DNA from: Lytechinus pictus
Lineage: Eukaryota
Reading direction: 5' to 3'
DNA: 64,000 nt
Assembly: GCF_037042905.1 (NCBI RefSeq)
Contig: NC_087245.1
Location: forward strand, 16,680,001-16,744,000
Below are positions 1 through 13,075 of the stretch, in pieces (the stretch's first letter is position 1; each line of letters begins with the position of its first letter). The notes under the pieces are model-generated. The model did no database searches, was not told the DNA's origin, and saw only the letters and a program-made list of their open reading frames with translations. The position numbers and the translations under genes are program-made.

Positions 1-1140
1 ATTTTGGACCTAAAACGGGACACTCCATTCATGTTTTGTAAGTCATGAATAGGATGGGTGATTAAGTATTTTCCAACATTGATAATGCGAGCGTGAAGCG
101 CAAGCAGAAAATTATTGATATTCTGATCTGAAACTTGATAATTAAAGCACGTTTTAAATAAAGAACAAGCTGCGTATCTCAATATCAATAAACATGTGTG
201 CGCATGTTTTAGATTTAGACCTAGAATCAGGGCATTCTGAATACATTGTTTAATCATGAAGATCAATAATGCAAGCTCGAAGCGCGAGCTGAAAGCAATT
301 TAATATTCTGATCTGAAAAATGATTAATTCATGCACTTCTTCAAGCACTGTGTAGGAAAATTGTGAAGTGAATTTGAACCACACTTAATCGATGATGCGA
401 GCACGGAGCGCGAGCTGATATTAAAAAAAAAAAATTATTTTGACCTAGGACCGGGACATTCTAAGAAAATTTTGTCATTATATGAAAATGATGACTATCT
501 TCTTATTATTCCTAAGCGTGAGATGAAACTTGTCGATATTCCATTCAGAAAAAGGTCAATTTAGTTATTAGGAATTCATAAAGATGCTATTTTCTTATTT
601 ATTAATCTAATATGCTTAATGAGAGCATGTAATTTGTTGATATTAAGATATATATGAAAACTGGACATTTTAAGCATTTTGTAATTATGAATATGACGCA
701 TGGATTAATATATGTTTAACAATTAAAGCGAGCGCAAATCGCGACCCCAAATTTTTTATAAGCTTAATAATGAAAAGGGGATATTAAGTAGCTTGTCATA
801 GAATTAAGCTGATAGGCTTACGTTTTTACACTGTCACCTGAAAAGGGATATGTTGAGAACTTTATGGAATACTCGTAGACAATAAGAACTTGGCAAATCA
901 AATAATGCAACCCCGCAGCGTGAGCTGAAAATGTTGATATTTACACCATAAAACGGACATTTTACAGAGCACTTTAAAAAATCAATTTGTAAATAAAAAA
1001 AATAATGTAAGATCGATATCGGAGCTGAAATATGTTTTGTATATTGACTTCAAAACTTGATATTTTAAGCTCCAGCCTATTGAGCAAGATATGAATCTCA
1101 ACGAACAGTCAATTCGAGCGCGAAGCGAAAGCGAAAATAT
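1..1140. repeat. Degenerate tandem/dispersed repeat with GCGAGCGCGAAGCGCGAGCTGAAA-like cores
   Basis: Core variants recur at ~87, 270, 397, 728, 915 and 1114. The same family appears at ~18670-18900, 20790-20910, 22477-22600, 28740, 34980-35100 and 38520-38820. Confidence 0.65.
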
Positions 1141-2842
1141 TATATAGTGACATGACATATTTTTTTTTTTTTTTGGGGGGGGGCAAGCCTTCCCCTCACC
1201 TTATTTTATTCACTCGTCTTCCTCCTCTTATTTTCATCTTCTTTTTCCTCCTCTCTTCCCCCTTTATTTTCTTTCTTTCTTTCCTCTTTTTCTTTGGGCC
1301 CTTCGGGTTTCCCTGGAGATCCGTCTATGTGTGAAAAACTTATAGGCATAGTGATTGTTATGATTTTCCCGTTTCAAATCTGTGCTCTCATTTTCTGAGA
1401 AATTATGTAAAACACTTTAAGCAAGAAATGTAAATGAAGATGTAACTAAGGCCCTACCAAATGTATTTTTTTCAGCAGAATATTTTTGGGGCAACAAGCC
1501 CACCCCCCTGCCCCCGTAGATACGCCCTATCAGAAAGCAATTAGTTAGCGGTTTGAACAATAGCGACGTCACGCTGGTGTGAACACGCTCACAGAAGAGG
1601 CAGAACTCGAAAGCAAAGGTGTGTCAGTGCAAAATTATTGTTGTTTTTATCATAAAACATCTTTTCCTTAGAAGTGGTGTCAAACTTGTAAATTTTCAAT
1701 AAATTTACATATTTGGCACTCGGCATTCTCTTCATGGTTAAATAGAATGCCTAGAATGTCCAGTTTTCTGGTTAGAATATCATCGTGCTTTGCTCTTGCA
1801 TTATTCGATTGGTGAGATATGTAGCCGCTATTCATGGGTCTCTAAATGCAGTCTATAAAAGGTTCCTTTTCTGGTCAGTATGTAAAAAAATTCAGCTCGC
1901 ACTTCGCGCTTGTGTTAATTCTTTAGTTAGAGTCACATCCTTTTCCCATGATTACAAAAACTGCTCGGAAAGTTTAATTACATGAAATTTCCAATTGAAT
2001 TTAGAACTCGTGATTCGCGCTCGCAACATCTCGCAAGAATGCCCTTTTAACAGTAATTAGGTCCATAATTGACCGAAAAGCGAATTTTACAACTTCAGAT
2101 TTGAATAGAATTCCGAACCACTCGGTCGCGAAAATAAAACCTATATATATATCTTATCAATCAGAAATCACTTAAAAAAAAACTTTGCTCAAGTTAAGTA
2201 CTACAAAACACACAACTTCTTCACACAGATGATAATCTCATGGTGAAAATAACCGTTTGCACCAAAATGCCCTTTGGGGCTTTGCCCCCCCAAACGAAAA
2301 TACGTTCCGCCGCCCCTGAGGAGCTGTGCAGGATAGAGGTCGGGTTGCAAGATGACCTAAATATATTTTTCTTTCCCAGTTAACATAGTTAAAGGAATAG
2401 TTTTCACTCTCTCATCTCTTCTTTATTTTTCTTCCTCTCCGACCACCACCCTCCCTCTTCGCTCTATATTTTGAAAATCCGTTTGTGATGCCGTCCCTAT
2501 ATATGACTGTGTAAAAATGGTTTGCTCTTTCAACTGCTTTATTTAGATTTTGAAGGTAATTATTGTTGAATTGAGTTTAAATGTTTATGTACTAGGCCTA
2601 CTATTTCTTATGATCCGTGATTGATAACTGTTCATGTTAATATTGCGAATCCAGAAATTGTGAAAGTTGGACCTGCCCATTTTAGAAGAGCCCCCATTTT
2701 TGTTTTTGTTTACCTATAATTACTCGATATACGCTTGATAGCCCTTTCCATCATGGGGTGCATTTATATCCTTTTCACTGGGTCATAAATACATATATTT
2801 TACATTCCCCAAATTAAGTAAATAACATATTTGAAAAAATAC

Positions 2843-3068
2843 CTGTTATAAGCACTGTCTTTCCACTGAGGCTGATGCGACTGTTCACTCGACGGGTGCC
2901 TGGATGCCAGCTGAAGGTTATTCCTCTTCTATGAAAGTAACAATATGCGACATACGATGTTATTACAGTGACCACGAGACAACCAAGGGCGACAGAAAGA
3001 GAAAAGCTACGAAGCCATTCCAAAGAATGTTGGAGAAACACCGTCCCGTATTCTTCAGCAAGCTCCAT
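2843..3068 (-). CDS. First coding exon of a tandem paralogous SDR/RDH-like gene (rest outside window)
   Basis: MELAEEYGTVFLQHSLEWL...RRVNSRISLSGKTVLITG aligns with exon 1 at 20599-20386 (HQSLEWF...RRVNSRVSLMGKTVLITG) and has the same phase-1 donor (ACAG|GTATT). Alternative in-frame ATG at 3074. Confidence 0.85.
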
Positions 3069-3461
3069 GTTCATATAAAAGCACAGTCTGTAAGCTACGC
3101 CTGTAATTGACTCATGCTCAGTTCTTTCCAAAAGGATCGTTCCTATTACATTTGTAATATACCATTGTATGACTTTTGAATTGAATTGACGGCAAAACAA
3201 AAATATATGATTTCCTGTATATGAACAGGAAGAAGCCACTCGACCCAAAATTATATTTGTGTGCATTGTGATTGCATGTCAATCCCGAGGTCATGCTATA
3301 CAAAAGGTGGAAATCAAATTTCAAAGATCGGGTCTGTGTAATGTTATCGCTATGGCGGTACATGTATGCATGCCACAAGAGCTGATCCGTGGGGGGGGGG
3401 GGGGTCTTCGTTACCCCCCCCCCCCCAGCCAAAATATAGTATAAAATATGTGATATGTATA

Positions 3462-4435
3462 CACACTTAAAATATTGGGCAACATACTGTCCACTGTATT
3501 GGGTAATGTATATGAAGAGCTCACTTGCATAAGGGATTAGGTCAATTTTTCATCAAATTTGATTTGTATGTCTCAATGTATAGATTTTTAGTAGCTCTAT
3601 AACTGTATAAGATGATACCAAAGAAAAGTTGAAATTCCTATTAAAAAGTGAACTAAAATGGCAAAGAAAAGCCACTTTTTTTTCAAAAGGGGTTAGGTCC
3701 ATTTCAGTTTAGTTGCAAAAGGGGTTATTTGGGTCCACACAGATTTTTTTTGGAAAAGAATATCATAAAATATATGAAGACAGGTATATTTCTTTTATAC
3801 CCAATTTCATGTTCTCATGGAAGGGTATCATAAAAATTAAGTTTCGCATAAGAATATTGCAATATGGGAGAATTAAAAAAATGATTTTCTTGGAGTGGAC
3901 CTAATCCCTTTTGCAACAAAACTCTTCTGAAAAACTCATTTGTCAAAAGGGGTTAGGTCCGTTTTTCATAAATGTTATTGTTTTCTGTCTCTAAACCTCT
4001 AAATTTTTAGTCACTTTGATGATACGAAAGAAAATTTGAAATTCAAATGAAAACGTGAATGAAAGTGGCAAAGATATAGAAAAAAATTGAAGACAGGTAG
4101 ATTTCTTTTATACCCAATTTTATGTTCACATGATAGGGTAGTACATCATGACAATTTAGTTTCTCATAAGAATATTGCAATAAGTGAGAATAAAAAACAT
4201 GGTTTTTCTCGGAATGGTTCAAAGGCGACCTAACCCTTTTTGCAATTAAACTCTTCATATGTTGGTAAAAAATTATATACATTCTTGGCAATTATTATCC
4301 AATTGAGCAAATTTATTACCCAATTATTAGTTTTTATAACCATATTGGACAGATGTTAACCAATAGTTGTGTGGACAGTATGTTGCCCAGTGATGGTTAA
4401 AAATTGGGCATTTTTGGCCAACGTTTTTAAGAGTG
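3462..4435. mobile_element. Non-autonomous TIR element (TA flanks) with a nested second TIR element at ~3510-4260
   Basis: Outer: TA|CACACTTAA..TTGGGCAACATACTGTCCAC ... GTGGACAGTATGTTGCCCAG..TTAAGAGTG|TA. Inner: ATATGAAGAG..TTGCATAAGGGATTAGGTC ... GACCTAACCCTTTTTGCAA..CTCTTCATAT. Confidence 0.65.
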
Positions 4436-5991
4436 TATATAGTGAAATAATAGAAATAAAAATCAAATAAAAAAAAAAATAACGAAACGGCAAAAGGAAA
4501 GAAAGAAAGAAAGATAGAAAGAAAAAAAGAAGACTGGAGAGAAAAGAAAAGTTAAAGAGAAGGAAAGAGAGGGATAAAGGAGAAACAAGGAAAGTGAAAT
4601 GTGAAAAGTATTGGGTAAAATTTTAACTAGCACGAGGGTAATTATGTGTCCAACCAATTTTGGGCAGTATTTTACCCAATGCGGGAAGCATATTGTCCAG
4701 TAAGGTTAAACAAATAAGCAGCAAATACTTTAGAATGGGCAAAATTTTCATCATACTTGATAAATAAAAATGCCCAAAAGAAATGCCCAATGTTGGTTCG
4801 ACACATAATTACCCTCATGGAACATTTTACCCAATATTTTTTAGATTGTGAGAGGAGAAATTATAAAGGAGGTAAAGAGCGTGAAAAAGGAGTAAGAAAA
4901 AAAGGAACATAAAATGGAGAGAAAGAGAAAAAACAGAAGGGGAAGATAGATGGGAAAGAAAAGGGGGGGGGGGGGTGGTAAACGAAGAATAGAAGCAAAG
5001 GAATATGTATATGAAGGGGATATACATAGAGAAAAAAGGAAGCAACGGAAGTGAAATATGGAGAAGGGGGAGAAAAGCGGAGGAGAGGGAAGGGAACGAA
5101 ATTGATAGTCTCTCCCCATGAGAGTTGATTGAAATTAAGAGTGAGGAATCGCTAAGCCTTTTAAGTGTTTTTCCTATATTTTTCCCCACAAAGGAATGAG
5201 GGGGGGGGAGCATTTTGGCTCATACGGATCCAGGGGAGTGAGGCCTCCCCCCCCCCCCCCAAGTAAAATTACGGGAAAGAGAGAAGGAAAGGAAGTGGGT
5301 GGGAAAAAAAAAAGAGTAAAACAAAAGTAATTGCCTTCTTTCGTGGTAAAAGGCCCAATGAAGCGCCACCTTGATTGATTAATTGATAGATTGATTAATT
5401 GATTAATGATGATTGATCCATTGATTATTGATTGATAAATCAAATTATTAAGATATTTATTTATTTATTTATTTATTCATTCATTTTTTTATTATTGATT
5501 TATCAATAAATTGATTGATTGATTGATTGATTATATTTGTCAAGTATAATCTCAAAATACATAGATATGTTGGTATAATTATAATACATCAATACATGCA
5601 AGCTACCCCCTGGTAGCTTACTAGTAATTACACTGATATATGGGAGACAACTGTACAGCTAGGTAACGTTAAACAATAAGCAAGAAAAATGATAAATCAT
5701 ATATAAAACAACGAAAAATAAAACATGAGATGACAATTTACACCAAATAGAATAAGGAGAATAACCGTTGATGATAACGTTGGTTATATTGCAGTTTACA
5801 GAAGCATATAATGCTGGTGTTATCATGGTCATATAGAAAGTATTATTTTCTAACAAGAAATGGGGATGAATATACCAAAAATAGAAAATAATAGATGTTT
5901 CTTTTTTTTAATTGACAATTTGTCCGATACTCCTACATGTCCTATATACGTGCGAAATGATTATATTTCTTGTATCATGTCATTTCTTTAA

Positions 5992-6586
5992 AGGACAAGT
6001 CCACCCCAACAAAAAGTTGATTTGAAAAAAGGAGAAAAATCCAATAAGCAAAACACTGAAAATTTCATCAAAATCGGATGTAAAATAAGAAAGTTATGAC
6101 ATTATAAAGTTTCGCTTAATTTCACAAAACAGTTATATGCACATCCTGGTCGGTATGCAAATTGGCAGACTGATGACGTCACCCACTCACTATTTATTTT
6201 GTATTTTATTATATGAAATATTCTAATTTTCTCCTCCTTGTCAAGTGGAACAAAGTTTCATTTCTCCCTGAACATGTGGAATTACCATTATTTTATCAGT
6301 TTATGGTTAAGTTAAGTTGGTCCTTCTTGTCAAATCTGTAAAATTGAAATATTGTATTATTCAAACAATAAAAAACAAAAGAAAAAGTGAGTGATGGACA
6401 TCATCGACTCTCTCATTTGCATATCACTGAGTTGTGCATTTAACTGTTTTGTGAAAAATAAGCGAAACTTAAAAATGTCATAACTTTCTTTTTTTACATC
6501 CGATTTCGATGAAATTTGCAGCGTTACGTTTGTTTGATTTTTCTCTATCCATTCAAATCAACAATTTTCTGGAGTGGACTTGACCT
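5992..6586. mobile_element. MITE with TTAA TSD (Kolobok-like non-autonomous element)
   Basis: TTAA|AGGACAAGTCCACCCCA ... TGGAGTGGACTTGACCT|TTAA, with long imperfect inverted arms. Confidence 0.8.
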
Positions 6587-6643
6587 TTAAAGGGTTACAT
6601 TTCAAGTTCCGGATTATTGATGAATAAACTGAGTAATACTACA

Positions 6644-8104
6644 AACAAGTGGAATGCATCTGGCGGTCTCACCTGCATCACGTGATTCAATATAGCAGCA
6701 GTGCTGACTTTGAAAACTACTATAAAATAATTATTCACAAAAAACACCATTCATATAATGATACAATACGACGTTCATTAATATTTGACCTTGATCATGT
6801 GACCTAAAACTTGTCAGTGATACTTGATTACCCCTATATCCATATTTTATACACTATATCTATAGACTTTAAAAGTCATGACAGCAATCTAATAATTACC
6901 TCTAAAATGGCCAAAGTTCAATGACCTTAAATGACCTTTGACTTTCGTCATGTGACCTGAAACTCGCATGAGATGTTTATAGACACTTGATTACTCTTAT
7001 GTCTAAGTTTCATGAGTCATGCAGATTCATAAACTTTCGAAGTTATGATGGTGATTCAACAGTAACCTCCATTATGGCAAAAGTTCATTGACCTTTGACG
7101 TTGGTCATGTGACCTGAAACTCGCATGAGATGTTCAGTAATACTTGATGACTCTTATGTCCACGTTTTATGAACTAGACCAATAAACTTACACAGATATG
7201 ATGGTAATTCAACAAATACCCCAACATGGCCAAAGTTCATCTACCTTAAATGACATTTGACCTTGGCCATGTGACCTGAAACTCGGACGGGATGTTCATA
7301 GACACTTGATTACTCTTATGTCTAAGTTTCATGAGTCAGATTCATAAACTTTCGAAGTTATGATGGTAATTCAACAGTAACCTCCATTATGGCAAAAGTT
7401 CATTGACCTTTGACGTTGGTCATGTGACCTGAAACTCGCATGAGATGTTCAGTAATACTTGATGACTCTTATGTCCACGTTTTATGAACTAGACCAATAA
7501 ACTTACACAGATATGATGGTAATTCAACAAATACCCCAACATGGCCAAAGTAAATTGACCCTAAATGACCTTTGACCTTAATCATGTGACCTGAAACTTG
7601 CACAGTATGTTCAGTGATACTTGATTACTTTTATGTCTAAGTTTCATGAATCAGATCCATAAACTTTCCAAGTTATGATGGTAATTCAACAGATACCCCA
7701 AATTTGAAACTCCAGCAGGATGTTCAGTAATACTTGATTAACCTTATGTCCAAGTTTCATGAACTATATAGGTCCATATATTTTCTAAGTTATGATGACA
7801 TTTCAAAAACTTAACCTTAGGTGAAGATTTTGATATTGATTCCCCCAACATGGTCTAAGTTCATTGACCCTAAATGACCTTTGACCTTAGTCATGTGACC
7901 TGAAACTAAGGCAGGATGCTCAGTAATACTTGATTAACCTTATGGCAAAGTTTCATGAACTAGGTCCACATACTTTCTAAGTTATGCTGTCATTTCAAAA
8001 ACTTAACCTTCGGTTAAGATTTGGTGTTGACGCCGCCGCCGCCGTCGCCGTCGGAAAAGCGGGGCCTATAATAGTCTCACTCTGCTTCGCAGGTGAGACA
8101 AAAA
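6644..8104 (+). mobile_element. Helentron-associated (HINE/DINE-like) non-autonomous element with internal ~120-bp tandem repeats
   Basis: 5' GTCTCACCTGC (6666) is the inverse of GCAGGTGAGAC (8089-8099). Terminal hairpin GTCTCACTCTGCTTCGCAGGTGAGAC is followed by an A-run. Internal repeats TGACCTTTGACCTTGGTCATGTGACCTGAAAC, GCC microsatellite near the end. Second copy at 24763-26111. Confidence 0.7.
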
Positions 8105-8803
8105 TGTTTACATACAAGTATATTTGTGCAATTTCATTAAATTCAATATATTTCTCCCATTTTGCGACCCTTCCCGCGATATACCATTTTATTGTGAATA
8201 AAATATCTATACTGAGTACATAGCAAAGAATTATACAAAATCCAAGCATACCACATTAAGTTAACATATATAATTATGAATCTTAAAATCTTAATCGTAG
8301 CTGATGATTAGTAAATACAATAAAAATAAACTTAATAGAAAACATAACCAAAATTGGCTTAAGGTTTTTCTTAAATTAAACCTATTTCATTTCTTAGTAT
8401 ACATAGCCCACAACCCAATTGGTAAATGACCAAAGCCTATTAATTATGTTGCTTACATGGAAGGAATTCAATTTCACTTCTATGTAAATGTACATTATAC
8501 AGGAGTGGCATATGGTTTTAAAGACACCAAACCGATATCAACAACGACAAGTCCACCTGGCCGCGGCACCTACAGTGGCGGATCTACCGGGGGCGGGGGG
8601 ATTTTATAGTGACCCCCTTTTTTGCTAGTAAAAAAGTTTCTCGGTACTAAAATGAAGAAACCTCCCTGTTTTGCTTGTCAAATATCTCGGTACCAAAATG
8701 ACCTTCATTTTGTTGTGAAACCTTTCTTGTTTGTTTTCTTTTTGCATGTCAAATTTCTCGGTCAAACACCCTCCGTGGAAAGAAAGCTAGATCCGCCCCT
8801 GAC

Positions 8804-9011
8804 CTATTCTAGTAATATGTTAGGATCAATGCCAGTCTCTTTGCATGTGATATCCCAGAGTTGTTTTGCAAGTTGTTCATCTCGAGCTAATTCAGACACC
8901 TTTCCCAGACTGCAGTTGGTGAAGTATCCACCCGAAAATCGTGTGATGGATTCGTCAACAGCACAGTAGATAGTGGTTTGGGCGCCATCCTTCTCATTCA
9001 TCAATATTAGC
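8804..9011 (-). CDS. SDR/RDH-like gene, terminal exon 5
   Basis: Acceptor ttttcccag|; reads LILMNEKDGAQTTIYCAVDESITRFSGGYFTNC...AKQLWDITCKETG; TAG stop. Confidence 0.93.
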
Positions 9012-12000
9012 CTGGGAAAAAAAAAATAATATATATATATATAAATTAGGAATAGCAGTATCTGTGTAGACATGGGAGTGGAGTCCATGCTCGCCCTAAG
9101 ACCGTATTCAAATTTTAGCGGGCCCCTGTATTATCAAAGCTATAGATGAGAAGTTACCAATTTATGCAGAAGGATCGAGGTTCGAGCCATGGTCACGTGT
9201 TTCGGCTGACTGCGGTGGACGGTCGATCCCAAGAGTAAATCTGATTGATAAACGTCTGTAAAATCTAAGCTCTTGCGAGGGGAATTAACATTCTCTCTGT
9301 CTGGAAAGTAGCATTTCAATTTTACAAGACAATTAGTGATACGGTATTGAAGGGAGAGTTATATATATATTTCATTATTATTTTTTTTTTTTGGGGGGGT
9401 TGCTGGTTTGAATTTGACACGCAAAAAAGTTTTCACCTAGAAATTAAGCTCTTTTTGATTAAGAGAAATTTGACAAGCAATAAAAAAAGTTTTCGCTACA
9501 AAAATTATTACGTGACATTTTTCCAGGGGTGCTACCTATGATGAATAATACACGCATCATCCCTAGTGTTTGATTGGCTAGGGGAACAAGTTAGGTGGTC
9601 ATGTTTGATGTGGACGCGAATGCTTCGAAAATGCCGTCTAGAATTTTACTTTTATAATGTTGTATGATATTGTCTGTATTTTGTTGGAGTTGGATAAATC
9701 ATTGAAACTCGAAAGGAGAACAATTTGAACAATTCTGATGTCATAATTTGAACGAATTGGACGTTATTCAAGGCTGGATTCTGAGCATACCCCGTCAGAT
9801 CTAATGCTACAGTCCCATCGGTATCATTTTGCTGCATGCGTATATTCGTACGGACAGTTTTTACTGGTACTGACAATGAACTTTTATTCAATGATCATCC
9901 TATATGGTACGTGAATATTGATTTTATTATCATATCAACTACTTTTATTGTGACCAGTACTTCACCTTCCGGGAATTTGGAATTATGCCTTTGAAAACGA
10001 ATGCTCATAATGGCGAGCCAGGTTCATCTGATTTCAAATATAAACTGCCAAAACATTTGACCAAACGAAGTATTTCAACAGCAGTGAAATACCTATATGC
10101 ATCAAGTACCCACAATGAGAATGATATTATTGACCAGAATACGGCTTTGACAGAGGAACTTGGAAAGATATACCCATCTCTTAACAAGCATATATGTCGG
10201 CATTTTATTCTCATCGATCATCATGATCATGGCAGCAATGATGTCCTTGAACTTGAAGACGGCAATTGTCATGTAATACCTATTAGACAACAAAGCCGTC
10301 CAGATTCCACACATTCCACCATCTCTATTGAATCTGAATTATCTCACTTAAAGGCGCAGTTAGAGTCTATTGGAAAGACTGTTGATACCCTCAACGCTAC
10401 ATCAGTGAATTTTGATAATAAGAAGGGATCACCTACTCACGATTTCTCGCAAGATCCTATTGAAGAGAACAATACATTGAGAGACAACCCTATTATAACA
10501 CACGATTTTCAATGTGGTACGTCTTTTGATCAACAGTTAGCAGATTATCGTAGCAAACAAAACCAACAATATGAGTTGAAAAGTCGCTCTGCACCTCATC
10601 AACAAAGGGCGAATTCTTCTCGCAATATTGATGTCTTGTTGATAGGGGACTCTATGTTATTGAAAAATGATCCATCTAAACTATCTAGGCGATTAAATGT
10701 GTCTTGTAAATCATTTACTGGAGCAAAAATTCATGATGTTTCGGAGAAAGTCATTCAGCTAACTAAGAAAGATGCAGTTAAGGAAGTAATACTACATCTT
10801 GGAACAAACAATATAAATTCAGATGATGAGGATCAAATTGTCACTAAAATATCATCACTTTGCGAGGAAATTCTCACGAAGACCGAAGTTAGTGCGATCA
10901 CACTGTCTAGATATATCGTCACCAAGAATCTCATACTCAGTGGAGTAAGATCGACGCGGTTAACGCACGGCTAAAACTTCTGACCAATGAGAGAGAATGG
11001 AATATGATCAACAATAGCGCCATCTATCCCGATATTCACCTTCGGTTGCGAAAAACATCATACGCCACCTACGACGGAATTCAGCGAAATTAGCTGATCG
11101 ATATTCCCCAGATTATCGACGAAGCAACCATCAATGGAAAGCAAGAGATCGAATCTTCCCCCGAGACTGGATGGATTCCCTAAACACAGCGAGGAGACTA
11201 CTGAACCCGAACTCTTACTAGAAGATAATGAAATTAAAACTCAACCAGCAATTACAAAAGAGCCAAATGTTTTTACCTTTAATGCAGATATTGAATTTTT
11301 GAATAAAGCTGATGATGTGAATAACAAGCCAAAATTTAATAGTAAAACATTATTTCCCCCATTACCAACAGGAGCGAAATTTCTTCTGCTAAACATTCGC
11401 GGTCTCGTAAATAAAATGGACAATCTTCGTCATTTATTGTTTGATAACTGAGTTGAACTTTTATGCTTAAATGAAACGTGTTGCGACGAGACAATCGGTG
11501 ACAATGAACTTCTCATAGAAGGTATGCGGATCGAACGCAGAGATCGAAATCGTTCAGGCGGAGGCGTTGCTATTTATATTACAGAATTCTTGACTTATTT
11601 CAGAAGACATGATTTAGAAAAGACTCCTCCCTTGAAATGATCTGTTTGCAAATTCAACTTCCATTCCAAAATAATATTATTGTATTTTGTATTTACAGAC
11701 CTCCATCATGTGATATAACATTTTTTGATAGGTTTGGGACAATACTAGACTCTGTGACTTGTCCTCGTTCATCAATAAGTGAAATATTTGTTTTGGGTGA
11801 CATTAACTGTGACTACTCGAATTCCAGCTGTCACTCAAATAATTTTCGCCAATTGGATTTTCTTATGAAATCATATAACTTTTCGCAGATCATCGATTTA
11901 CCTACCCGTGTAACTGATAGAAGCGAAACTCTTATTGACACTATCTTTACTACCAATGTTGATACTATCGTTGAACATGGTTGCATACTTACATCGATAA

Positions 12001-13042
12001 GTGATCACTATATGGTGTACGTTATTCGAAAACCACATTCCACGGCACATGTGCATAAAAAACAAAAAGTTTTGAATTACAGATCTTTTAAGCACTTTGA
12101 TTCTGAAGAATTTCAGTATCTATTATCTCAAGCCACATGGGATGTTCTTAATGATACTAAAAATGTTGATGACTACTGGGCTAAATGGAAGACTATTTTC
12201 ATATCAATAGCTCACTCTCTTGCCCCTGTTAAAAAGGTTAGGGTGAGAAATAATCCCGATCCTTGGATCGACTCCAATATTCGTAAATTAATGTACAAAA
12301 GAGATAAGGTATATAAAAACTGACACCAGTTGGTGTTAATAGAGGACCACACCCCGAGGTGTTAAAATTACACCCTAGAGATTAAAAATAACACCGAGGC
12401 GTGTAAATGTAACAACCAAAGGTGTTGTAATGACACCTATAGGTGTAAAACTAACATTACCAATTCAAAACCAGTGTAAAATAACTGGTGTGGTCCTCTA
12501 CGTACACCGGTTAACACCACAGTTTTTGTTGTGTATCACCAGAGTAAATATGGTCCTCTATGCCAGATTGCCAGGGTGAGTGGTTATCATTTATTAACCA
12601 CTGTATTTCAATGTTATTTTGGTGGCATATTTTAATCATTGTTTGGTAAATTTCACTTCATGGATGTATTTCATTTATTCGTTGGAAGAGTTATCCATAA
12701 CGATGGAGGAACTGAATTAGTGATTAGATGACTTGAATTCAGGCAATATTGATTAAGTTTAATGAATGGATGTAGACAACATGTTTATCATTTATTATTA
12801 CGAGTCTACTTGACGTCATATTGATGAATGTTTTATCTTAGAGTCACAAGCAAATATGTGTATATTTCTATTTTGTGCGTTTTTCAAACATATCATCATT
12901 CTTTTCAATTGTTTAATCTTATTGGTTTTTGCAGGTTTTATCTTTTGTTCTTGTATTTGGAATTTTGTATATAACGATCCATCGATTATTAAACTAACCG
13001 AAGCACAAGGAATGGTGTCGTGTTTTAAGTGGCGTGTTACAT

Positions 13043-13075
<33 letters not shown>

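Noticed and set aside
4460..5530. Hydrophobic F/L/S-rich ORFs
   Set aside because: Translations of purine-rich low-complexity and (ATTG/ATTT)n tracts.
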